52,694 nucleotides of DNA from positions 1 through 52,694 of the IMG/VR virus record IMGVR_UViG_3300037882_000444. The stretch is one strand, 5' to 3'. A program made the position numbers and the translations under genes. The DNA is from a virus. Its lineage: Duplodnaviria; Caudoviricetes. This document shows positions 17,701-26,678 of the stretch, one piece after another (positions within the stretch are counted from its first letter, which is position 1; every line of letters starts with the position of its first letter). The notes beneath the pieces were generated by a model, which was not told the origin of the DNA, ran no database searches, and saw nothing but the letters and a program-made list of their open reading frames with translations.

Positions 17701-17872
17701 TTTGCATATACCAGTAAGAAATTTCGGTATCAAAATCTTTTTGTGACTTTACACCACCCCCGCTGAGATAAATGTATGATTCGGGACGATCATTATCATA
17801 TCCCCACACCTCGATCACATCTTCTTCCAACATTTGGAAACTGTAGCTTCCAATAACTCCTTCGTATTTCAT
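17690..17872 (-). CDS. Small hypothetical protein
   Basis: 60 aa ORF in operon. Confidence 0.6.
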   Translation of the reverse strand: MKYEGVIGSYSFQMLEEDVIEVWGYDNDRPESYIYLSGGGVKSQKDFDTEISYWYMQNAG

Positions 17873-17890
17873 TTCATTTGTATTTCGTGT

Positions 17891-18769
17891 TTATAACCTC
17901 GTAAGAATCTTTTTTACGAGCGATTTAAATTTGTAGGTTAGGGCATTATTAGGAAACTTTTTCCAGTTCTCTATAATAATAGCAAAGAGTTCATCAGGAT
18001 TGGTCAGACCGTATTGAGGAAATCCCAACTTTTGGGAAATTCTTCTTCTCATATTGTCGTTTATTTCTTCTGGTTGAAGCTTTCTCTTCTTAACTTTCGA
18101 GAAATAAAGGTCTAACATCTCTTTATAAGCTTGCACCAACATAGAACTTGTCTGTGTTGGGATAGAATCTGTTAGTTGGTGAGCATATTCGTGAATGTAA
18201 TACACTGGATCAGCAATATACTTCTCATCAATGAAAATATTCTTACTGAATTGGAAACCAGCCGCCTCATTAGGTTGTGGTCCTCTTGTGTATTTGTTCT
18301 TGTCGAAATCAGTGATGATGATCTTGGGCTTCCTATTTGGAAGGATATCCTTGATATACATCAACATCTTATCAACAGCATTCTTGATGAGTGCTACATT
18401 TTGTGAACCGGGACTGAAATCTCCAGATAAATTCTCAAGATCTGCAAAGACTTGCACCCCATCACGCTCATAGACTTTTTGATAACCTTTAGTAGAGGGG
18501 CGTTTTATGCCCTCAATATACTTCTTAGCTTCTTGGTCCAAGTATTGTTCTGCCCTTGGAGGTAAGGTTGCTCTAAGCTTTTCATATTGTTGTTTGATTG
18601 GAATCCACTCAGGATTACCCATATCATCAACATCTGAGAACTTGATTATGTCCTTCCAGTCTTGGGCGTAACTTGGGTCATTGTAATGACTGAAACCTGA
18701 TTGCGCTAACTCAGCTTTCCTAATCGGATTGCTGACACGTTTTTCTGTAAACACTTTAAATGGAATCAT
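17891..18769 (-). CDS. Putative zincin metallopeptidase, possible virion-internal protein
   Basis: HEYAH plus downstream YGLTNPDELFA; N-terminus MIPFKVFTE; TAAATA-N5-ATG upstream. Confidence 0.6.
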   Translation of the reverse strand: MIPFKVFTEKRVSNPIRKAELAQSGFSHYNDPSYAQDWKDIIKFSDVDDMGNPEWIPIKQQYEKLRATLPPRAEQYLDQEAKKYIEGIKRPSTKGYQKVYERDGVQVFADLENLSGDFSPGSQNVALIKNAVDKMLMYIKDILPNRKPKIIITDFDKNKYTRGPQPNEAAGFQFSKNIFIDEKYIADPVYYIHEYAHQLTDSIPTQTSSMLVQAYKEMLDLYFSKVKKRKLQPEEINDNMRRRISQKLGFPQYGLTNPDELFAIIIENWKKFPNNALTYKFKSLVKKILTRL

Positions 18770-18809
18770 TCTAATATTTAGTCAAAATATGGTTATCCAT
18801 ATCCGTGCC

Positions 18810-18829
18810 ATTGTCCTCCGGTTTTAATT
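18810..18829 (-). promoter_or_regulatory. AATTAAAACC-box promoter
   Basis: AATTAAAACC-GGAG-GACAAT; the next ATG is 9 nt downstream (18800). Confidence 0.65.
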
Positions 18830-19892
18830 AACCCTTTGAAGCAATAGAGACACCCAAGGTTGAGATATTTGCCTTGCCGTTTGATATTAAGACTTGTTCA
18901 ACACCAAATGAATCATCAGATCCTAGAGATACGATATTGAATCCTTGTTGCCAATTCATAGCAGTTCCATAAGCGGCATCTAGGTTACATAGACATCCAC
19001 CTTCGAATCCATAATACTGTTTCTCTGGTCTTCCTGCTAATGCTGGAACTCTTTGGCATGAGGAACCGATTCTGTGAGTATGACCATGTAAGATGGAAGC
19101 GTGCCACTTATCAATTTCTCCACGGGGAGAGGCACCACCATTCTTACGAACAGTTTCGCCATGAGTTACAATAAGACCATTGAGATCTACATAGTCAACG
19201 TGACTTACCTTATCTTGGTAATCACCCAAGAAGACATTTTGATAGGAAAGAGTATCGAGGATTTCTGGTAAGGAACCAAGCTCACCAATTCTCTCAGAGA
19301 GATAACGTCTCCATCTACCACCAACAGATTGTCCTGAGTGATTGGAAACTGTTTCAAAGATTTCAGCACCACCAGATACTCCAATGAGTTCATCTAAGAA
19401 TGCATGATAAGCTTCTCTTTCCTTCTGCAAGGACCAGTTGTGCTTAAGATCTTTAGGATACTTGGAAATAGCCAAGAAGTCCATGGTATCACCATTCAAA
19501 ACAATGGTCTTTGGTTTCAATTGGAAAATTGTTTCCAAGAAGATGTCAATAGCCCTTTGATCTTCGCATCCAAAGTGGAAGTCTGAACCAACAACAGCAT
19601 ATTCTGTTAATGTGGACTTTGCTAATGGAGCTTCATAACGAGGGGAAACCTTAATAGGTGCGAGTTGTGATAAGAAGTCTAAAATCTCATCTTCATTCTT
19701 TTTAAACCTAACGGGCTTATCTCGTTGGAGAGTATCCACCACATAACCTATCGGGGAGGCTACCTCATCTTGAAATCCTAAAGCTTTTACCCATCCTTGG
19801 GCTGTGGACTTAGCGATACCAAATTCTGCGGTAATGTCGCTGTATGTGCTTCCACTCAGCCTTGCTTCTATAACTTGCTCTTTAATTGTCAT
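18828..19892 (-). CDS. Metallophosphoesterase with N-terminal HTH
   Basis: N-terminal TYSDITAEFGIAKSTAQGWV; SDFHFG, NGDTMD, SNH, THG, HGHTHR. Confidence 0.85.
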   Translation of the reverse strand: MTIKEQVIEARLSGSTYSDITAEFGIAKSTAQGWVKALGFQDEVASPIGYVVDTLQRDKPVRFKKNEDEILDFLSQLAPIKVSPRYEAPLAKSTLTEYAVVGSDFHFGCEDQRAIDIFLETIFQLKPKTIVLNGDTMDFLAISKYPKDLKHNWSLQKEREAYHAFLDELIGVSGGAEIFETVSNHSGQSVGGRWRRYLSERIGELGSLPEILDTLSYQNVFLGDYQDKVSHVDYVDLNGLIVTHGETVRKNGGASPRGEIDKWHASILHGHTHRIGSSCQRVPALAGRPEKQYYGFEGGCLCNLDAAYGTAMNWQQGFNIVSLGSDDSFGVEQVLISNGKANISTLGVSIASKG

Positions 19893-20106
19893 ATTCTGTG
19901 TTTATTGAATCTTTCAAGTCGTTGAAGAATTTCAATACTTCAGACTGACTTGGTTTTCGATGAATGTCATCTAAAGCTTCTTTAGCCTCGTCAAGAGTAT
20001 CATGGAGACTTTCAATTGTCAAGGCTTTGGTCGAAAGATTTTTCGCCAACACAGCATATTGTCCGTCACTCTGCCTCTTGACAGCGTATTTGATGTGTTT
20101 ACTCAT
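19882..20106 (-). CDS. Hypothetical protein
   Basis: 74 aa ORF overlapping the next gene start. Confidence 0.6.
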   Translation of the reverse strand: MSKHIKYAVKRQSDGQYAVLAKNLSTKALTIESLHDTLDEAKEALDDIHRKPSQSEVLKFFNDLKDSINTEYDN

Positions 20107-20233
20107 AGTATAGTAAGGTAAATCTGTCAGATTTATAAATTTATCAAATCGACAAAGTTATTAAATCGCTCTGTATATATTTAACGATTTCCGGCGAACT
20201 TTCCGGCGTAAAAATCTACGAAGCTCATTCCTA

Positions 20234-20261
20234 TGTTTAGCATTGATAATGAGGATGTCAA
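20234..20261 (-). promoter_or_regulatory. Possible sigma70-type promoter
   Basis: TTGACA-N16 (ending TGC)-TAAACA in a divergent intergenic region. Confidence 0.45.
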
Positions 20262-20275
20262 GGGTAAATATTTGA

Positions 20276-20749
20276 ATGAGTAACTGTGATGATGACTTGG
20301 ACCGTGATGTTGACAGCATTATATTTCAAATAAAAAATCAAGGCAAGTCTTTGAAGACTGTCGAGAAAGAAAAACCAGAATTGAAGAAAGAGGACATCGA
20401 AGCCTTTGTTCTGGAGAATGCTTCGTCCATCGTCCTAGACTCTATTGAGATGGTTCAAAGTTTGAAACAAGATGTTATGGCTGGAGGTGATTCAAAGATG
20501 GTAGAGGCTATCTCTGAGCTTGTTAAAGCAACTACTGCCGCCCTTGACTCATTAAGTAAATTGAAAATGGCTGATGACAAGCTTAAAGGTCAAAAGGAAC
20601 TTAAGCAAATGGATATCGATGCTAAAGCCATCGGAGCAGAGACTACTGAAGGTGGAGGAATATTCCTAAGCCAACAAGAAGTCATGAATCATCTTTTCGG
20701 GAAGAAAGATAAAGCACCTATCTTAGAAGATAAGGCTATAGACGTTTAA
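20276..20749 (+). CDS. Putative terminase small subunit (T4 gp16-like)
   Basis: Size and helical pattern DSKMVEAISELVKATTAALDSL...GGIFLSQQEVMNHL recall gp16; TAAATA-N5-ATG upstream. Confidence 0.5.
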   Translation: MSNCDDDLDRDVDSIIFQIKNQGKSLKTVEKEKPELKKEDIEAFVLENASSIVLDSIEMVQSLKQDVMAGGDSKMVEAISELVKATTAALDSLSKLKMADDKLKGQKELKQMDIDAKAIGAETTEGGGIFLSQQEVMNHLFGKKDKAPILEDKAIDV

Positions 20750-21663
20750 TTACCTAACTGACCTTCATTGGTATTCAGTAAGAATTCCTCATCCTTTTCA
20801 GGTGAAGACATCTTGAGTTTTGAACCACGTTTCTCTTCAGAATCGAATTCATCACCCATAAGGTCTAATGTTATTACTCGGGACTCATCACCAACAGTGA
20901 ATTCTTTCTCGATCTTAGTTATCTCTGATGTTGAGGTGTTCTTATCAGAATCAAATGCAGTGTATTGTTTCTTATCCTTATAGATTCTGAAGTTGTCATC
21001 GCCAAGATAACTCTTCACAGAATCAAAGATATTTTGGGACACATCCTTAACAGACACAAGGAAGAAGCTGTCCTTAACCATATAGTTACCATTGGGACGT
21101 AATACCCAACTACCTAACTGTTCTTCCTGATATCTCTGTTGATTATGTTTATCAACCAATGGTAATGTGTTATCGACAATAGAAGAACTACCAAAACTTT
21201 CTCTAAATAAATCCTCACTAACTTTAGTAGCACTTTGTATCGTTGTTTGTATAAATCCCGGAAGTCTATTATAAACATCAACTGAACACCCCAAAGGGTA
21301 GTCATCATGAGTAGATATAGTATTGTTTAATGAAGACTTAGTTATATTACCCAACATCCCAATACAATCAGGAGTATTTACAAAATACTTCTTATCCTTA
21401 GCAAACTCTCTAACATAAGACCCTAATGGACCATTTAATAATACCCTAATATAATAGTTTATAGAATATGTATCAAGTTCATCACCTTCCTCATCTATTT
21501 TATCTACAAAACTTTTAAGTTGATCTAATCCTAGTTCATAAATCTTCTTAAACTCTACCATAAATTCAATATCCTTATCAGAGAAATCTCCAAGGTTTTG
21601 AATTGTATCTATATCATCTTTAGTAAAGCATATAGAGCGTAGTGTTTCTATTTTATTATCCAT
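20746..21663 (-). CDS. Hypothetical acidic protein
   Basis: 305 aa ORF convergent with the gp16-like gene. Confidence 0.75.
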   Translation of the reverse strand: MDNKIETLRSICFTKDDIDTIQNLGDFSDKDIEFMVEFKKIYELGLDQLKSFVDKIDEEGDELDTYSINYYIRVLLNGPLGSYVREFAKDKKYFVNTPDCIGMLGNITKSSLNNTISTHDDYPLGCSVDVYNRLPGFIQTTIQSATKVSEDLFRESFGSSSIVDNTLPLVDKHNQQRYQEEQLGSWVLRPNGNYMVKDSFFLVSVKDVSQNIFDSVKSYLGDDNFRIYKDKKQYTAFDSDKNTSTSEITKIEKEFTVGDESRVITLDLMGDEFDSEEKRGSKLKMSSPEKDEEFLLNTNEGQLGN

Positions 21664-21675
21664 TATTATAATATC

Positions 21676-21703
21676 ATTAAAGCATAGGGATTTTGATTGT
21701 CAA
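21676..21703 (-). promoter_or_regulatory. Possible sigma70-type promoter
   Basis: TTGACA-N16 (ending TGC)-TTTAAT upstream of ATG 21663. Confidence 0.45.
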
Positions 21704-21713
21704 GCGGGAATTT

Positions 21714-23021
21714 TTACTCCACATCTTCCTTGACATTTGATCTTGGTCCGATATAAGTTTTGCAAGCGAAGATCTGATTGGAATACAAGTCTGCGAAAAA
21801 GTTATGTCTAACTTCTGTAACATACCATCTACCCAATATCTTCTCATCACTTTTTAGTTCAGTATTTCCTCTAGTGGAGAAAATATCAATGAATCTATTA
21901 CTCCTACGTTTGACATCTCCAATATTGGAGAATGATAACTGAAGGTTTAAGAATGTTAAATTATTATGCATTTCTGCTTCTACTAATTTAACACCATCTT
22001 CTACAGCATACGGAAATTTGTAATATTTGAATCTTGTGTTGGTTGTGTTGTTGACAACACCAAAAGGTTTCGGCTTTCCATCAATACTCTTGAATACATC
22101 GACAAATTTCTTTGTCCACTTTTCCTTAACGTCATCAAACTTGAGTTTTTGGATTTTACTTTGCCCCATTATTCTATCATAACCAATGATCAAGGAATTT
22201 AAGAAGTAATCCTTTGTCCAATCATATAGAGGTGTTGAGTAACTCATGCTTCTAAGTTGTCCAATGTATTCCTTAACTTCTGGCCCAGAAGGAGGATTGT
22301 TGACATTAGATGTGTCGATCTTGTCAGACAAATCTCCCAATGGGAATGCTTCCAAGGTGTTATCGTTGTTCTTAGAGAAAATCTTGGATATAAATTGTAA
22401 CGTGAACTTCCCGTCTTCTCTGAAAAGGAAACCTTTAACATAGATCTCTTCATCTTTGCCATAATATAATCTCATCAGATATCTAAGCAAGTCTATGTAT
22501 CTAAAGGTTGTTGGTGGGATATAGTTGATGATGAAATCACCTTCCTCCCACTTATCTTTATCTACAAGGTCTTCTCCAAGTAGTTCAATGAATATTTCTT
22601 GAATGATGGTTCCAACCTTACCAGAATAGGACTTACCGTAAGGAACATTGTCCATGAATGGTATTGCCTCGGAATCTATTAACGTAAACGTCTTTATATT
22701 CTCCGATCTAACCATTGGGTTTACATTATCAGCATCATCAATAATAATGAAATCGTTTTCGACTTTTTCTTCACCATCTTTGGTCTTAAACATGATGTGT
22801 ATCTTATCACGACCATCACCACGCATGAAATACTTATCTTCGATGAAATCGTATGGATTCGCTATAGATATAGTTCCAGATGTGAATGGGTCAAATACAT
22901 TATCAACCAATGTCATTCCACGAACAGCAGATTTTGTAAACGACACTTCCTGACCATCAGGATTTGATAGCTTACATTCGAATTCGTATTCAACGTCATT
23001 GATTTTAAAAATTTCTGCCAT
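21714..23021 (-). CDS. Putative baseplate hub protein (gp27-like)
   Basis: Size, tail-module position, DNVFDPFTSGTISI near the N-terminus and GRWYVTEVRHNF near the C-terminus. Confidence 0.6.
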   Translation of the reverse strand: MAEIFKINDVEYEFECKLSNPDGQEVSFTKSAVRGMTLVDNVFDPFTSGTISIANPYDFIEDKYFMRGDGRDKIHIMFKTKDGEEKVENDFIIIDDADNVNPMVRSENIKTFTLIDSEAIPFMDNVPYGKSYSGKVGTIIQEIFIELLGEDLVDKDKWEEGDFIINYIPPTTFRYIDLLRYLMRLYYGKDEEIYVKGFLFREDGKFTLQFISKIFSKNNDNTLEAFPLGDLSDKIDTSNVNNPPSGPEVKEYIGQLRSMSYSTPLYDWTKDYFLNSLIIGYDRIMGQSKIQKLKFDDVKEKWTKKFVDVFKSIDGKPKPFGVVNNTTNTRFKYYKFPYAVEDGVKLVEAEMHNNLTFLNLQLSFSNIGDVKRRSNRFIDIFSTRGNTELKSDEKILGRWYVTEVRHNFFADLYSNQIFACKTYIGPRSNVKEDVE

Positions 23022-23419
23022 TAGTAATGTCGTCCTCCAAAGACGGTAGAGTTGGTTATGTCAGTATATATTGCAGTCCTTAATGGGTCTGTGATATACT
23101 TAACCTGAACACCACCCTCAACGAAGAATGGTGCTCCTTCAAATTTGTCTTTATTCAACAGATATATGATCCACCAGCTATCCATATCCCCATAGATTCT
23201 ATAGGATAGGATTGACATAGGTGTTCGACTCAATGGAGTATAGAACTCAATGAATGTTGAATCAATATCTGGAAACTCGATCTTCTTCAAGATGTTATAT
23301 GTGAAGAACTCCTTATCATCAGTGGATTGCTTGAAGACTTTGAAAATTCTCTCATAATCTCTAATATCCAATGCGGATAGAGTTGGTATTTCGTTTCTGT
23401 AGGAACCCGTATCGATCAT
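23021..23419 (-). CDS. Baseplate wedge protein (gp53-like)
   Basis: LSYRIYGDMDSWWIIYLLN motif. Confidence 0.75.
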   Translation of the reverse strand: MIDTGSYRNEIPTLSALDIRDYERIFKVFKQSTDDKEFFTYNILKKIEFPDIDSTFIEFYTPLSRTPMSILSYRIYGDMDSWWIIYLLNKDKFEGAPFFVEGGVQVKYITDPLRTAIYTDITNSTVFGGRHY

Positions 23420-24042
23420 ATTGTCAATTTCTTTCTAAGTAAAGTTTGTCTTCTTTTTTCCTTTGTTTCTTCAGAAACAATTCTTCCTTTACTACTTAAT
23501 CTAATTTTTTCCTTTGTTTCTTCTGAACGCGGTTTACCAATCCTTGATATACTAATTTTTTGCTTAGACTCTTCGGATTGAACTCGACCTAGATTGATAG
23601 TATTTCCTAACATTTGAATACGCAACTTCTCTTTATTTTCATCAGACATTTTCTTACCTATATTGGATATTCTGATTTTTTCTTTTCTTTCATCTGGAAC
23701 CGGAATTCCTGTCTGATCATCAGAATATTTACATATATTATACCCTTTGAGCTTATTTGTAGAGTCAAATAATTCGATATAATAAGCTTCTCGAAATAGA
23801 AGCTTTAGATTATCTTTCGTTTTGTCAAAATTATCAAAAGTTTCTAATATCTCAACTTTAAATGATTTCCAACCATATTTCTTTATAGCATTTTGGAAAT
23901 AACCATTCCCAATAATTTTATTTTCAGAATGTTTATGCAATCTGAGTCTATTTTTAATATCCACCGATTTTCCAATATATATTTTACCGTTATCTATACA
24001 GGTCAATTTATATACTCCCACTATTTTTGATGATTTTCTCAT
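23416..24042 (-). CDS. Free-standing GIY-YIG homing endonuclease with NUMOD3 repeats
   Basis: GVYKLTC..KIYIGK, REAYYI, GYN, SEETKEK repeats. Start moved to ATG 24042 (TAAATA-N5); track start 24066. Confidence 0.92.
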   Translation of the reverse strand: MRKSSKIVGVYKLTCIDNGKIYIGKSVDIKNRLRLHKHSENKIIGNGYFQNAIKKYGWKSFKVEILETFDNFDKTKDNLKLLFREAYYIELFDSTNKLKGYNICKYSDDQTGIPVPDERKEKIRISNIGKKMSDENKEKLRIQMLGNTINLGRVQSEESKQKISISRIGKPRSEETKEKIRLSSKGRIVSEETKEKRRQTLLRKKLTI

Positions 24043-24086
24043 GTTATTATTTAGTCTTGGAATCATTTATTCTCCTGTGTCTATCA

Positions 24087-24851
24087 TTAAACTTCCTTTC
24101 CAAATCCAGCGTGTTCAAGTGTAAGTGATTGGAATGACATATCGATCTGATATGCTTCAGGAACAATTACACCATTAATCTCTCTTCTAGTTCCAATCAA
24201 GTTGATGGAAAAATCACTACAGTATGCCCAGCGAATGAATCTATGACCCGGAACCTTAACTTGATAAATCCTTGGAGGATCAACAGCGATACTATCCTTT
24301 CTCAAAGGTCTATTGATATAGGTTAGCCTTTGAATTAGATTGTGGTTCTTATCAACACTATCTGCATTGATAGTGTTGGCCAATACGAATGAAACCTGTA
24401 ATGGTCCATCTGATTTCTCAAACTGATAAAACATTGGAGTTTCGACATAAGAACCCGGATCACCTTTAATGAATCCTGTAATATCTGCCGCTAATCCTGC
24501 AACATTCTTGACAATATCATTCAATGCTGTTCCTACTCCACCACCGCTACCAATACCATTTTGGAATGTGTCACCGAATGTATTGCTGAACGATCTCACA
24601 TTATCACCGAAAAATGGGAAGTTGAAATCGTCTTCTGCTGTGGTCGAGTCACCATACATATTATCATAGAACTTCTTAGCATCGCCTCCCGCTTGGGATG
24701 CAATGTTGAGATAGTTCTTCACAGATTGCATGATCTGATTCGAGTTGATCTTGTAAGACTTCACCCAGACTCTAGGTGCTTTCTTACGCATACCAGAACC
24801 TCTAGGAGAACTAGTCCAATCATAATCCTTCACCACATCATATTTTGCCAT
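24087..24851 (-). CDS. Putative baseplate/tail-tube junction protein (gp48-like)
   Basis: Position; DPPRIYQVKVPG...PEAYQIDMSFQSL pattern. Confidence 0.5.
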   Translation of the reverse strand: MAKYDVVKDYDWTSSPRGSGMRKKAPRVWVKSYKINSNQIMQSVKNYLNIASQAGGDAKKFYDNMYGDSTTAEDDFNFPFFGDNVRSFSNTFGDTFQNGIGSGGGVGTALNDIVKNVAGLAADITGFIKGDPGSYVETPMFYQFEKSDGPLQVSFVLANTINADSVDKNHNLIQRLTYINRPLRKDSIAVDPPRIYQVKVPGHRFIRWAYCSDFSINLIGTRREINGVIVPEAYQIDMSFQSLTLEHAGFGKEV

Positions 24852-24859
24852 AAGTTTAT

Positions 24860-26665
24860 TTAACCTAGAGCGTAAGGACTAGAAACATACCCACCTCTAT
24901 TGTTTGGTATATCCATCCTTGGTGCCTGTTGAGATGTTGGAGAATTCACAATCTTCTTCTGTTCGTTGAAGTTTACACGTTCAGCCACATTTTGCTTATG
25001 TAACATCTTGGATGTATTATTAGCTATGATCATAAGGAACTTATTAGCTTGAACATTCAGATCATATAGAGATTGAGATATCTTATTAGTGTCTTTGACC
25101 AATACATCCTGAGTTTTGGCAAATGAATCAACCTTAGTAGTTAATACGTCTTTTCTCGTTGATTGATAATCAGTTAAGGTCTTCTTAGCTGAGTTGACAA
25201 TTGAGTTAGTAGTATCTTTGGCTGATGAAGTCAGAGAATCCCATAGGTTTCCAACGACAGATTTAGTCTTGTCGTATGCACCTTTTGCTTTATCTGCAAC
25301 ATAGTTTGTAAGCTCTTTGGTTGATTCCGCAGTGCTTTTAGCAAACTCCACGGCAGCTTTACCACCCGGAATCAAACCAGCAATACCATCTTTAACCTTT
25401 TGCTTAATCCATTCCCAAAGTTCCATTATCTTCTTACCGACAACTTGAGACATTTCAGAGATGAATGACTTATTTGGTTTCGGAGCGGATTGGCTACCAC
25501 CGTCAGATTGGAATAGACCCATGAAACCTGAAACACCGTCCATGATAACTTGTCCATCAACACCAGTAACAAGATTAGATAATGCTAATCCAAAGTTTCC
25601 AAATCCTCCAGCAATATCACCAGACTTAAAGGAATCCCAAGCCATCATCAATCTATTAATAGAACTCAGAATAGGAATGTTCATTCTTCTTTCCCATATC
25701 CATTTTCCGACACTGCTCGCCATATCTTTCAGTATGGTTAGCTTATCTCTCTTAGGTTTACCCGGTCCTTGGTCTGCTTTAGAGTCAAGAACAGCATTTA
25801 ATACATCAAGACCAATAGACATAGCAGTTCCAAGACCCGGAAGAACTAAGTCAACCAATCCAGCTAAACCACTAAGGACATCAATGGTTCCACCAACGAT
25901 ATCACCTTTTTTGAATCTCGAATACGCAAATGCTATGGATAGGATGGTTCCTATAACTGGAATTCTCTTGAATACCTTAGCAAAGGATTTCAAGAACTTA
26001 GTCATCATCTTGAATAATCCGCTTCCGCCAATCTTACCCAGAACTTTACCACCAATCTTGGAGACACCTCCAAGTAAGAACTTACCAAGTTTAGCAAATG
26101 ACTGTCCTAAGAACTTACCAATCTTTCCAAGGAACTTCATTGGAGTTGACAGCAATCTCTTTGCCATTGCTAAGAATGGCTTGACTGCATTAGCTAAAAG
26201 CTTAACGGCACCCTTTATACCGAATCGGGACAAGATTTTAAGAAGACCTTTGAATGGTCCATCGGTCATAAGACCAGTAACGAAAGCTGCAAGTCCACTT
26301 ACAAGCAATAAGAGTCCACCCAAGATGGAACCAAATCCAAACTTAGATTTTTCACCATCCTTTTTAGGCATAGGTGGTGGAGATACTTGTCTCTTAGCTA
26401 TTTGACTAACCTTAGTCTTTTCTTTAGCATCTGGTTCAACTTTCTTCTTATAATCGAAGAATAGTTTGTTGAACAGGTTAAAAGACTCAGTTAGTCTCTT
26501 TTTCTCGAAACTATTAAGATTTCCACTTGGTTTCTTACCATTTTCCAATGGAGAATTAGGAGATGTGACGATATTCTTGGCAACGGCAGCATCCTTCTTT
26601 GGAACACCCTTCTCTTCAACGAGTTGTTCCAATAGACCTAATAACTTTAGAATGACTTCATCCAC
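24860..26665 (-). CDS. Putative tape-measure/baseplate hub protein (gp29-like)
   Basis: Gly/Lys-rich amphipathic and hydrophobic segments (KRIPVIGTILSIAFAY); follows the gp26-like genes. Confidence 0.6.
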   Translation of the reverse strand: MDEVILKLLGLLEQLVEEKGVPKKDAAVAKNIVTSPNSPLENGKKPSGNLNSFEKKRLTESFNLFNKLFFDYKKKVEPDAKEKTKVSQIAKRQVSPPPMPKKDGEKSKFGFGSILGGLLLLVSGLAAFVTGLMTDGPFKGLLKILSRFGIKGAVKLLANAVKPFLAMAKRLLSTPMKFLGKIGKFLGQSFAKLGKFLLGGVSKIGGKVLGKIGGSGLFKMMTKFLKSFAKVFKRIPVIGTILSIAFAYSRFKKGDIVGGTIDVLSGLAGLVDLVLPGLGTAMSIGLDVLNAVLDSKADQGPGKPKRDKLTILKDMASSVGKWIWERRMNIPILSSINRLMMAWDSFKSGDIAGGFGNFGLALSNLVTGVDGQVIMDGVSGFMGLFQSDGGSQSAPKPNKSFISEMSQVVGKKIMELWEWIKQKVKDGIAGLIPGGKAAVEFAKSTAESTKELTNYVADKAKGAYDKTKSVVGNLWDSLTSSAKDTTNSIVNSAKKTLTDYQSTRKDVLTTKVDSFAKTQDVLVKDTNKISQSLYDLNVQANKFLMIIANNTSKMLHKQNVAERVNFNEQKKIVNSPTSQQAPRMDIPNNRGGYVSSPYALG

Positions 26666-26678
26666 ATATATTATTTAA

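Noticed and set aside
25461-26405. 314-aa plus-strand ORF
   Set aside because: Antisense shadow of the tape-measure-like gene; no promoter motif and no recognisable domain.
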